DNA from: Paraspadella gotoi
Taxonomy: Eukaryota; Animalia; Chaetognatha
Length of the DNA: 64,000 nt
Direction of reading: 5' to 3'
Assembly (NCBI GenBank): GCA_051294375.1
Contig: CM119269.1
Span: forward strand, 460,272-524,271
A program made the position numbers and the translations under genes. Below the pieces are notes generated by a model. That model searched no databases, was not told where the DNA came from, and saw only the letters and a list, made by a program, of their open reading frames with translations. Positions 20,966 to 32,238 of the stretch are shown one piece after another. The stretch's first letter is position 1. Each line of letters starts with the position of its first letter.

Positions 20966-21673
20966 GATAGAAGAATAGAATAAATTTTAATTTCCTTTTT
21001 TAGTTGCGCCGCGAGTACTCGCGGAGCAACTCTATAAGTCACTTTTCGGTCGGTCGGTCGGTCGGTCCGTCGGTATATCTGTCCGTCGGTCTGTCCCACT
21101 TATCAAATCAAATCTAAGCGACTACTGGCGCCTCTTTTTGTTTTTAATGATAAGTAAAAAAAAAGTAATGCGGCGCAATACCTTGGAATAACCGTTCCTT
21201 GTTTTTAAAGTAAGCTATCAACGAAAGAACGAGGCGTGTCTCTCTAAATTATTTTTTAAATATCTATCTCGCCTCCAGACTTTGGACGGGCTTACGTGGG
21301 TGACAAGATAACAACAGATCAAGACACTGCTATGTCAGTGCTATGTCACTCTTCTCTCACCCCCTCCCTTCTCAGATTCGTCTTCCTCTACAACAAAGGC
21401 GACATCCTCGCCACTCCCGGAGACAAAGAGCGATGCCTGGCTGACATGGGTCGCCTGTTAAGCGTCGATGTCAGTTTCGAATCAAAATGGCGCCGACCTG
21501 ACGACCAGTTCGACTCTTTGCCGACGGCGCGAGTCTCCTCTTTTCCTCCTTTGGCGCCGTACGAAGAGATCAGGGAAGATCGAGATTTACTCATGGGTCA
21601 AGTTTTGGGTCTGAGACGAATCCCCGGATGTGAGAGGATCGAAGTCTCGAAGGGGGCGTGTCTCATTTTGTGA
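18563..21673 (+). CDS. LRAT/NlpC-P60-like (non-catalytic) domain + AIG1/GIMAP-like P-loop GTPase + C-terminal CaaX; 5 exons (18563-18969, 19519-19711, 20043-20240, 20652-20878, 21376-21673)
   Basis: All four introns are GT-AG and phase-compatible. G1 LGPSGAGKS, G2 DSVTT, G3 IIDTVG, G4 YNKGD; ends CLIL*. The spliced N-terminal half has QWFVTDG and SICLRNSEHLAKYIYCGSWSSLQ. Confidence 0.85.
19843..19996 (-). mobile_element. Short interspersed repeat, truncated copy of the family at 42294-42499
   Basis: The reverse complement shares atggtggactaaaatcc...cagcgg(g)ccattgg and tatattga.cggttctgtcac...ataattactgtctcttcaat with 42294-42499. Confidence 0.75.
21001..21100 (+). mobile_element. Helentron/DINE-1-like (HINE) short element; relatives at ~61251-61290 (+), ~61574-61640 (-) and ~62390-62420
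   Basis: Terminal palindrome agttgc-g-ccgcgag-ta-ctcgcgg-a-gcaact, then ctataagtcact and a (GGTC)n microsatellite; actctataagtcacttt+ggtcggtc recurs at 61254. Confidence 0.5.
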
Positions 21674-22129
21674 GATTTGTTGAGTCACGCGTCCGAAAAT
21701 CACGTTTTGTTTTAAATGTATAAACCGAGGAAATTGTATGCATGTCGTAGTCTTTTAGGGGTGTAATATGTTTTTTGATTTATTCCGGACCAAAAATAAT
21801 AATGAATAGAGAATCGTGCTAGTGAAGATGCAAATAGAATTTACAAATGAATTTCAATAAATTACAAGTCAGGGGGAAGATAGCTTATTTAGTAAATGAA
21901 TGGATAACTTTTATATTGGTTGTACCAATTTCATAAAATATTGCAAAAAGACTGATTTCAAACGGCAGTTTAGAGGTTATCTCGATCTTAATAATTATAA
22001 TAATTATTTATTACGGGTAAAACTAAAAGGACGTGAGTTTTGGTGTAGTTTTCGAGCATTGTTCATTTGTTGACCTTAATCGTGACGAAAACTCTCCCTA
22101 ACGGGATTTTTGAGTAACTAAAAATATTT

Positions 22130-22760
22130 TGTTCGACTTCTTCGCTCTATCATTTTTTTATAAAAGAGCAAGCTCTTCTTACTCATAGATAGATAATTAG
22201 ATAGAATATACTCTCTATAGTATTTATAGTAGTCGCGAATTACGCGCTAACACATCAAAGCCTTCGAGCCCTCTTTGAAACGTGATGGAGGACGATTCCA
22301 ACACACTCCAAGTTTTGATTCGCTTATCAAAAACGTGGTGGAAGCCACGACACCACCACGTCAGCACAATGACTCAGTTGTCTCTACTCGACGAGCCAGG
22401 CGGAGGCCTCTTAACAGGCAATGGGCACCAGGTGCATCAACCTCTGCTGAAGAAGCTTAACTCGTCTCTCCAAGAATCGGGCGTCCGTCAAAGGACTGCT
22501 TCAAAAAAGCAAAAGCAACTAGAACGGATAGCCGTTCTCCTCATCGTCAGGTGAAAAGAGGGCTCTCGGCAGGTGCATCAGGCTTGACAGACAGGTGCAT
22601 CAGGATTGACAGACTTTCGAGTGGCGCGAGGTATTTTTCCGAAAGGATCTTTACCTGGCCTAAATCAGATCAACTCGAGCCCGCCGGCCACGCCTTTCCT
22701 TTGTCCTACTTTAACGTCTTCAAATCTACAATAATAATTGTTGTACATTCTTAAAATGAA
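22130..22760 (-). mobile_element. Possible degenerate LTR-retroelement 3' remnant
   Basis: 22130-22252 is bounded by TGTT...AACA; the adjacent minus-strand sequence gives broken DVKVGQ and Pro-rich text resembling an integrase tail; no PBS or clear PPT. Confidence 0.3.
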
Positions 22761-22879
22761 ATGTTTTCCAAATAATGTCTCCTCTCATTCCCAACTGCCT
22801 TTCATTTTCCTTCACACTCTCCTTCAAAGTTCAATATCTTTTGTCCTCACCTTCAGCTGTCCTCACCTCTGACCAGAGA

Positions 22880-22940
<61 letters not shown>

Positions 22941-22973
22941 TCTTTAATATTTGCTAAAAATTAGTTTTAATTA

Positions 22974-23018
22974 GCGCTGATAAGGACTCGTAAATCAGAG
23001 TTGAAACATGTCCCGTTT
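22974..23018 (+). ncRNA. Degenerate minimal hammerhead-ribozyme motif (Penelope-type), core G8 mutated
   Basis: CTGATAA-g-GACTC-gtaaatca-GAGTT-GAAAC-AT-GTC. Confidence 0.5.
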
Positions 23019-23719
23019 TTTATTGTCAAAAAATCGTTGATTGCAACAAATAAAAACTTTGTTTTCTCTTAAATTATTGTTACAAAATTTATTGAAAATA
23101 ACTAAAGCTCTTAACACATTTAAGTTGACATACGTACTTTTAAAGCTCTATCAGAATCCATTAAAAAAAATTGAAAAATTCCAAAAAAATTTTTAACTAT
23201 ATATAGTAATAAAAAAATCTTTAAATGCTTCCGTGCGCTTATTAATAAGATAATTTTTTAAAATTATTTTTATTTTCATATTCTTTAACAGTCACTTTAT
23301 CATTATTTATTTGAGAGAACTTCTAGTTTTCAACCTGTTCCGGCCTAATACGTATCTTGCATTACATCATCATTACATACAAGCAGTACATTTATCGTGC
23401 AAACAGAGAGAAAGATAGTGAAATCGAAAGTTTAAGCTAGAATAGTAATTAAAAAATTAAGTAATAACTTTTATAAATACTTATTTTTTTATTTTTGTTT
23501 TTTACATCAATTAATTAATAAGAAAAAATACTTTAGGTAGTGGTCATTTCATACAATTGAAACATTCTTTAAAAAATTATACCACTTAGTTGATAGGTAA
23601 GCCAGGCACTCTAAGTACGTCTTACAATAAATATATATATCCTTATAATACCTACTAATAAAGACTTTTTTAAGTTCTGCGCCAATAGTATTTAGTACTC
23701 ATTATTACGTAAAAGTAAA

Positions 23720-23786
23720 TGCCGTTCCAGGATTCGAACCACCGACCTTTTCAAGTCAAACGTAAAACCAAAATTGCCATGGGAAC
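23720..23786 (-). mobile_element. tRNA-derived SINE head overlapping the end of the XK-like ORF
   Basis: Minus strand has an A-box-like TGGCAATTTTGG and a B box GGTTCGAATCC (23730-23740). Confidence 0.5.
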
Positions 23787-25872
23787 GACGAGATAACAAA
23801 TCGCCAAAAAACTCCCTTCATCAGTGAGAGCCTTTTCTAAAAAATAAATCCATGAACGAGACAAATCGATTTGCGATTTGAAAAATGATAATCTCACTGC
23901 AAAAACTTTTTGGTGCCTCGAAGACGAATTATAAAAATTAATGCGACATTCGCGCAAATACCTCGTGATCCAATACAACATAGTGAACTCTTTCAGTTCG
24001 AATTGCGGCACAAATTTTCTGGAGTCTAAATGATTATCTGAGATCGATAGTCTTCCTCTCGGCCGTTTCGACGTTGTGGCCGTGAAAAAGATCAAAGCAA
24101 AATAAGAGCAGAAAAATAAAGCAAAGACAGAAAAAATCATTACAATTTTCGTTATTTTTTTCTTTTTTAGATTTGGAGGAATCGCGACATTAAAGGCGCC
24201 GAGAAGAGGAAAAAATGACAAACAAAAGAAAAAGATATAATTATCTCTGAGAAAAATGAAAGTGAACAATTTCATACTTAATTTTTTCCACGTCATAACG
24301 GCTTCCTCCTTAGTCATGTTACACGGGCACAGACAAAAATCTCTCAATTGGTCTGAAAAAAACATTTGAAAAATCGTTCTGTTGCCATTTAAAAACCGCG
24401 TAGGGTAAACATAACATCGGAATCAGAAATAATATAAAGATTAGCTTTTTTGTCTTTAATAACTTGAGCCCCTTTTGCAGTAATATTGCGACGAATGTCA
24501 TAAAGAGCGAGGGTAAAAAACCTGCAATAAGTTTTGCAATCATGTACATTTGCGCATTGAATGCTTGATCTTGTGCTGAATTATCATTTTTTACAAAGAA
24601 AGAAAATTGAAAAGTTAGGAAAATTATACACATGACAGAAAATGAGGGTGTTAAAGTAAGTAGTAACCTATTCAAAGTTATTCTTTTAAAAAGGTTTACA
24701 ATTACCGATATTGTCCCAATTAATAAATCAATTAATACAATTAGACTCAAAAGTTTGATACTTGGATCGAAAATAATGTAATTGCCAAGATTTATAGATA
24801 CATTGGGTTTGGCAATTGCAAATCCGTATGGATTCCCAGATAAAAAGCTTTTATATGTTTTTGGAACTTGGCAATCTTTATGTATATTTTGAAAAGACTT
24901 GAATTTTATTTTATTCAGTTTGTCATTACCAAACACATTGCTTGCAAACATACACATTAAAGAATATTTCTTCAAGATTGAATTCCATAATTTTGTATAA
25001 ATTATTAGTTTTGGAGCGCGTTCCATTGTTAAATAATTTCTGCCCCATAGCATTTGATTCTCAATCAAATGTTCTTCATATTGATATGCCCTAAGTTTAA
25101 TTTGTTTCTCAATATTAAAATTGATAGATAACATGAGTAAACTGTAAAAAGGAACAACTACAATTAATAAATGTTTACAATTTTCTCTATGAACTTTTTG
25201 AAAACTTAAGCTTCTGAGTTGATCCAAAATTTCTCTAAAATCGTTTACCGTGAAAACTCGAAACAATAAAAATGGAGTAAAAATAATCATAATAAGAATG
25301 TTTGTCGTTGTAGACGTTATTACAATAATGTAAAGACTTATTGATATACCGATGCTACCTTGAATGATATCAAAAGCTTTGAAAATCAACTCACAGTTTT
25401 TCTGAGGATATCTCTTTTTACTTTCACGATATGAGGCAGCCGCTTTTGCTAAAGTCACTTTTGATAAAACCAATGATAAAACGAGATATCGTTGATTAAA
25501 TGTCCATTTACAGTAAAAAGTCATGAAATCCGAGTTACGATACGCAATAAAACATTCGCATTTCTGGTTTGTTTGAATCAATGTGCCATTATCTAGTACA
25601 TTGTATACATAACCATTTTTTAAATCATCAAAGAAATTGAAGCAGAGTTCCGAGGTGCCACTCGTCAAAGAAATAGTCACTGTGGCCGCCTGAATGAGCA
25701 ACTGTGGGAAAGACTCGAAAATAGAGTGAATCATAGACATCATAAGATTAAACGATTCCTTGACTTCTACGATATTTTGGCCATCTTTTCCAAAAGCGCC
25801 CCATTTTAATTTATCTAGTCGAAGCCAATGGAAGGGTGCTATCAGTAATGCAGTAGTATCTTCCGTGGTACA
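23751..25872 (-). CDS. XK-related multi-pass membrane protein, large downstream coding segment (one frameshift in an A-run near 24360)
   Basis: FESFPQLLIQ matches the XK-family ESxPQLxLQ motif; many hydrophobic segments; the frame stays open upstream of the annotated Met, to ~25872. Confidence 0.65.
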
Positions 25873-26483
25873 TCAGGGAAGTGTTTTGCGCCCCTACCTC
25901 TGGACTTTGTACTTTAATGATCTAATTGAACAATTAAAAAGCTCGGGTTATGGTTGTCATATAGAACAAGCTTATTTTATGCAGATGACATTGCATTACT
26001 ATCCCCAACAATAAAAGGCATGCAAGTTTTATTAAATAATTGTGCTAAGTATTCTTAACGGTTCTGTTTTACATTTAGCTTTAAAAAGACTAAAGTAATG
26101 TATTTTGGAAACTCTTCTTTATCTATTACAAATAATTTTTTTTTCTGAATGGCAACCTAATAGAGTTAGTAAACAGATGGACTTATCTTGGATTTAACCT
26201 ATCAAGTGAAAAGGGATCTTTATTTGACCCTACCAAAGAACTCGCATCTTTTTATCGATCGAGCAATTGCATAATTAATACTTTATACAAACGGTCTGAA
26301 GAATTACTCATAAAATTGTTTTACTCTAATTGTATTCCTATTTTGCTTTATGGTTGTGAAATAAAGATTTTTTTAACTAAACAAACATAATATAGCGATT
26401 AATGATAGCATACAAAAGATCTTTGGATTTAACAGATGGGAAAGTATTCGTGAATTACGTAGATTTTTTGGGTACCAGGACAT
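25855..26483 (+). mobile_element. 5'-truncated, degenerate non-LTR retrotransposon (RT fragment), left part
   Basis: VHQGSVL..YLWTLYFNDLIEQLKSSGYGCHI, YADDIALLSP (frameshifted), WTYLGF, FGFNRWESIRELRRFFGYQDI; internal stops. Confidence 0.85.
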
Positions 26484-26896
26484 CAATAACGTGATGTCAA
26501 ATGTGGTCAGATAATATTCGATATATTTCACAGCAAATATTGATACAGAAACGAGACGTTGATCCTAGAACGGTGAGAACAAGAGTGAGACTCAAAGCAC
26601 GCTAAGTCTTCTACAACAAGGAAATCGAATTCTCATTCACAATTTCTTCTGTTCACTTATTCAAATGTTTATTGGCTCACCCGACCTTTCCTCCGGCTCT
26701 CATTGGTCGGGTGAGTTCATGGGTAAGTCTATGGGTAAGTTCCTCGATCCTCTCTCTCTCTCCTCCTGCCGCTTCGCCGCTCCTCCTGCTGTCCTTCTGT
26801 TGTTCTCCCGCCTTTGGCGTTTGGGCGAGGCTTCCCCTTTCTCCCTCTCTCTGCATCACGAGGTCTTCGTGTTCCTTCCCAGGCTCCACGTTGATG
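26484..26896 (-). repeat. 3' LTR (copy A, 413 bp)
   Basis: caataacgtgatgtc...ccacgttgatg is near-identical to the two other copies; preceded on the minus strand by G-rich ggaggcggggtgg (PPT-like). Confidence 0.95.
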
Positions 26897-27007
26897 CCAC
26901 CCCGCCTCCAGGGGCGAAGGAGGCGGGTTTTATTTCGCCGAGGAGCCCGCGCAGCGCGCCGCCGCTACTGCGGCGGATGCTGCCTCCGATGCCGATAGCG
27001 TAGTCCG

Positions 27008-28780
27008 CTACGGCCTCGGCTTGATGTGCGCGCATTTCATGGCGCAGGGGCAGCAGCAGCAGCATAAAAGGATCGCGATGACGACGAGGATGGTGATTAT
27101 CGCGATGGTCGGGGCGATGTTCGTGAAGGTGCTCCACCAGGACACGAGGGGGCTTTTCCGAATATTTTTCGAAAAAAAAGATGATGTGATCCTTCGGTAT
27201 TTCCCCATGCGCTGTGTGAATTCATGCTGTTCCGTGACGTATTTCGCGTGCATGTCGATGAAGTTTCCCACGTCCTCGTAAATTTGCATTTCTCTTGAAA
27301 CGTGGTTTTCCCGGTTAGGCAGGGTCGTGCGTAGTACGTTGTATTTCGTGAAAGGGTTTCCGTTTTTTGTCAACAACTGTCCTTTGACTTCGTACACTGG
27401 TGGTGGTATACACGGTGTTTCCAGCGACGAATCGACCAGGTGGCCAAAATGGAGTGCTTAAAGGCGTCGTGGCCTCTAAAGCTTACGGGCAGGTCTTGGT
27501 AACATTCCTGCGTCTCTCTCGCGTAGGGCGAGCGTTCGTGTGCAGGTTGCGGTGTAAGCAATTCTCCTCGCAGGATCGCATTTTCCCGGGATCGATGAAT
27601 GTGATTGCGGCTGGAGATTTGTGTGCCTTCTCGGCCGCGGCGCGCGCTTCCGTGCTCGGGAAATGCAAAGTTCGTGTCGGAGGGCGTCGGTCAGTCGATC
27701 GAGCCTTGCCTGTTCCTGGAGGCTAGCGCTGATGCCTTTTCCATCAAGGCGTCGAGGGCGCTGTCGTCCCTTTTTATGTTTGTACCCATTTGCTTTGAAA
27801 TAAAAAAGTGTGGTGATGACATCCTTTGGCGTCGATTTCGCAGCCTCTTAGTTGTTGAGGGCCGCTGAGCCGCACGCGCGAATGCCCCTTTAGTTGTGGG
27901 CTGCAGATGATGTTGCATTTCTTCGAATGACGTCAGCTTGATTGATGTGTCTTGAAAGGCGGCAATGCAGTTGGCGAGGCACTCGCGTCCCTCGCCGAAA
28001 ATCCTTGGGTCTTTCGGCATGCTTCCCATCTGGGCATTTGCTTCCTCTAAGCGCTCTTAGTCGATCCGCGTCTGTAGGTGATCTGATGATTCCATCGGTG
28101 CTTCTAAAGACGCCTCCCCTGTAGGCGAGCTGATGCGGCATTCCTCGTCGTCCCAGGCGATGATCCGCCTGGGTAGCTACATTCTTGACTCGCCAGGTTG
28201 CAGCGCCCGAGTTTTGATTTTTTTGTTTTCCAGCTTTAATCTTTCTTTTATAGAGAGTTAGATTCGAAACTAGTTTTGCGTTTTTCGCTCTCGTATAGGT
28301 GGCCATGAAAGCTTAACGATTTTCCTGTGCATGCTCCGGTGGCGTCGTTCGTGCCAAATCCTGTGCGTAATGATGTTTTCTCCTGGTGACCTTCATGGAT
28401 AGTGGGCGTAACACGCCTCCCCATCTGCGATCCGGGATTGGAATGGATTGCAGTTTCACGACCTTTCCTCTGTGCAGGTCCAGGCAGATATCCCTTGGGA
28501 GAGAGAAGTGGTCGATTACATCAATGTTTTCATATTGAATCGACCATCTTCCACAGTATCGTCCGGTTGCTACAATTGTAGGTCGCAGCCGACGGCGTCG
28601 TGTTCGTTTGATTCTGGGGCGAAGAGTAGGTTTGTAGTTTCGAATCTTTCTTTCGTTCCTCTTTTCGTCTTGCATCTTTTTTTCTCACTCCAGTGCAATC
28701 GCTGTGTGGTCGGTCGTTTCGGTCGGGTTAAACAAAATTAGACAAAAGAAAAGCCCCAAGTCAGCGCGACCGCCGTCATG
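27008..28780 (-). pseudogene. env: Partial env, copy A (frameshifted, ends before the N-gap at 28819-28843)
   Basis: Same peptides as copy B (GRYCGRWS, CLANCIAAF, CYQDLPV, TM + CCCCCPC) broken by 1-bp indels. Confidence 0.85.
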
Positions 28781-29358
28781 TGACCGCTTTTTCTGGAAAA
28801 GAGTCCGATAGCGTCATTNNNNNNNNNNNNNNNNNNNNNNNNNGTCATCCACCATCATCGCATTCAATGAATGATTTCATTTATCAATTGAATGATTATC
28901 ATCACATCCAGATGATGACTATCATCGCATCATTCATTTGATTAGTCATCACATCAGTTACATTTGTATCATATCATCGCATCAATTGTTGTATTATGCA
29001 TCGCATAATGATTTGGTATCATCTGACATCCACATATTTGGTTTATCATCCAAAGTAGGCTCGATTCCTTTAGGTGCTTTTAAGATTTTTTCTATAGAAT
29101 CTGATAGAGCTTTAAAGTAGTACGTTATTAATACAATTTTTAAAATTTTTTGTTTTATTAATGAACAAAATTAAAAAAAAAATTCAGCAATAACGATCAT
29201 GTGATGTTGATTTTTTAAGGTTTTTTCTATTTTTAACCCAATTTATTGCCAAAATTTGAAAAAATTATAGCTACTAACTTTTCATTTAACTTTTTAGCTC
29301 TACAAGAACGCGTTCTTAAAAAATCACATTTTTAAAAATTTTTTGTCATTTGTTATAT

Positions 29359-29764
29359 CAATAACGTGATGTCAAATGTGGTCAGATAATATTCTGATAT
29401 ATTTCACAAAAAATGTTGATACAGAAACGAAGTTGATCCTAGAACGGTGAGAACAAGAGTGAAACTCAAAGCACGCTAAGTCTTCTACACAAAGGAAATC
29501 GAATCTCATTCACAATTTCTTCTTTCACTTATTCAATGTTATTGGTCTCACCCGACCTTTCCTCCGGCTCTCATTGTGGTCGGGTGAGTTCATGGTAAGT
29601 CATTGGGTAAGTTCCTCGATCCTCTCTCTCTCTCTCCTGCCGCTTCGCCGCTCCTCCTGCTGTCCTCTGTGTTCTCCCGCCTTTGGCGTTTGGCGAGGCT
29701 TCCCCTTTCTCCCTCTCTCTTGCACACGAGGTCTTGTTGTTCCTTCCCAGGCTCCACGTTGATG
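29359..29764 (-). repeat. 3' LTR (copy B)
   Basis: Near-identical to the other LTRs; its left flank (…gttatat) differs from that of copy A. Confidence 0.93.
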
Positions 29765-29876
29765 CCACCCCCGCTCCAGGGGCGAAGGAGGCGGGTTTTA
29801 TTTCGCCGAGGAGCCCGCGCAGCGCGCCGCCGCTACTGCGGCGGATGCTGCCCTCCGATGCCGATAGCGTAGTCCG

Positions 29877-31755
29877 CTACGGCCTCGGCTTGATGTTGCG
29901 CGCATTTCATGGCGCAGGGGCAGCAGCAGCAGCATAAAAGGATCGCGATGACGACGAGGATGGTGATTATCGCGATGGTCGGGGCGATGTTCGTGAAGGT
30001 GCTCCACCAGGACACGAGGGGGCTTTTTCCGAATATTTTTCGAAAAAAAGATGATGGTGATCCTTCGGTTATTTCCCCCATGCGCTGTGTGAATTCATGC
30101 TGTTCCGTGACGTATTTCGCGTGCATGTCGATGAAGTTTCCCACGTCCTCGTAAATTTGCATTTCTCTTGAAACGTGGTTTTCCCCGGATTAGGCAGGGT
30201 CGTGCGTAGTACGTTGTATTTCGTGAAAGGGTTTCCGTTTTGTCGAACAAACTGTCCTTTGACTTCGTACACTGGTGGTGGATAACACGGTGTTTCCAGC
30301 GACGAATCGACCAGGTGGCCGAAAATGGAGTGTTAAAGGCGTCGTGGCCTCTAAAGCTTACGGGCAGGTCTTGGTAACATTCCTGCGTCTCTCTCCGTAG
30401 GGCGAGCGTTCGTGTGCAGGTTGCGGTGATAAGCAATTCTCCTCGCAGGATGCCATTTTCCCGGATGATGAATGTGATTGGCTGGAGATTTGTGTGCCTT
30501 CTCGGCCGCGGCGCGCGCTCCGTCGCTCGGGAAATGCAAAGTTTCGTGTCGGAGGGCGTCGGTCAGTCGATCGAGCCTTCGCTTGTTCCTGGAGGCTAGC
30601 GCTGATGCCTTTTCCATCAAGGCGTCGAGGGCGCTGTCGTCCTTTTTATGTTTGTACCCATTGCTTGGAAATAAAAAAGTGTGGTGATGACGTCCCTTTG
30701 GCGTCGATTTCGCAGCCTCTTAGTTGTTGAGTAGGGCCGCTGAGCCGCACGGCGAATGCCCCCTTTAGTTGTGGGCTGCAGATGATGTTGCATTTTTCGA
30801 ATGACGTCAGCTTGATTGATGTGTCTTGAAAGGCGGCAATGCAGTTGGCGAGGCACTCGCGTCCCTCGCCGAAAATCTTGGGTCCTTCGGCATGGCTTCC
30901 CATCTGGGCATTTGCTTCCTCTAAGCGCTCTTAGTCGATCCGCGTCTGTAGGTGATCTGATGATTCCATCGGTGCTTCTAAAGACGCCTCCCTGTAGGCG
31001 AGCTGATGCGGCATTCCTCGTCGTCCCAGGCGATGACTCCGCCTGGGTAGCTACATTCTTGACTCGCCAGGTTGCAGCCGCCGAGTTTTGATTTTGTTTG
31101 TTTTTCCAGCTTTAATCTTTCTTTTATAGAGAGTTAGATTCGAAACTAGTTTTGCGTTTTCGCTCTCGTATAGGTGGCCATGAAAGCTTAACGATTTTCC
31201 TGTGCATGCTCCGGTGGCGTCGTTCGTGCCAATCCTGTGCGTAATGATGTTTTCTCCTGGTTGACCCTTCATGGATAGTGGGCGTAACACGCCTCCCCCA
31301 TCTGCGATCCGGATTGGAATGGATTGCAGTTTCACGACCTTTCCTCTGTGCAGGTCCAGGCAGATATCCCTTGGGAGAGAGAAGTGGTCGATTACATCAA
31401 TGTTTTCATATTGAATCGACCATCTTCCACAGTATCGTCCGGTTGCTACAATTGTGAGGTCGCAGCCGACGGCGTCGTGTTCGTTTGATTCTGGGGCGAA
31501 GAGTAGGTTTGTAGTTTCGAATCTTTCTTTCGTTCCTCTTTTCGTCTCGCATCTTTTTTCATCCAGTGCAATCGCTGTGTGGTCGGTCGTTTCGTTACAA
31601 TTAAAAACCGTGACGCTTTTTCTGAAAGAGTCGATAGCGTCATTTTGTGCATTAGTGGCGCCGGCTTGGCCTTTTTTTCTTGCTGTTGCGTTGTTTAAGG
31701 CGTTGAGCGCGACGATTATCGTAATGAGTGTGAATTTTGATAGTTGGTGATTCAT
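29877..31755 (-). CDS. env: Envelope glycoprotein (~620 aa), class-III (chuvirus/gB-like) cysteine pattern; frameshifted in this assembly
   Basis: Signal MNHQLSKFTLITIIVALNAL; VFNC..C; C-x10-CG (GCDLTIVATGRYCGRWS); ICLDLHRG; GACTG; CYQDLPV; C-terminal TM IAPTIAIITILVVIAILL + CCCCCPC. Indels fall at different places in copies A and B. Confidence 0.8.
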
Positions 31756-32238
31756 TTTTTTTTTTTTTTTTTTTTTTTTTTCTTCTCGCTTTTTTTTTTT
31801 TTTTTTTCTCTCCATTTTTTTTTTTTGTTGAAACGTTCTCGATTTCTGTTCTGCTGGGTCTGGTCTTACGTTTTCTCTTCCCTCTTTCTTTTTCTTCTCT
31901 TCCTCTTCCTTCTCCTGCGTCTGTTTCTTTCTTTTTCTTTCTTTAGTTTGGCCCTCCTTGCTCTTTTTGGGATGCCCTTTTGCCCTGTTGGCCTTTTGGG
32001 TCATTTTCTTCGTCTTTCGCCTTCTTTCTTTTTTTTTCTTTTTTTTTTGCCTAGCTTCGATGATTCGCTGCGTTTTAAAGTTCGCTCGCGAGGATGATGA
32101 TGATGATTTTCTTCGTTCGCGGCGATGATGACGGTTTGTTGTTGTTGTTGGTTCTTGTTCGTTTTCCTTTTAACTAACTCTATTTCTACTGCTATTTTCT
32201 TTTCTTTTATTTACAGTTTTTGTTTTCTTCTTTTCTCA

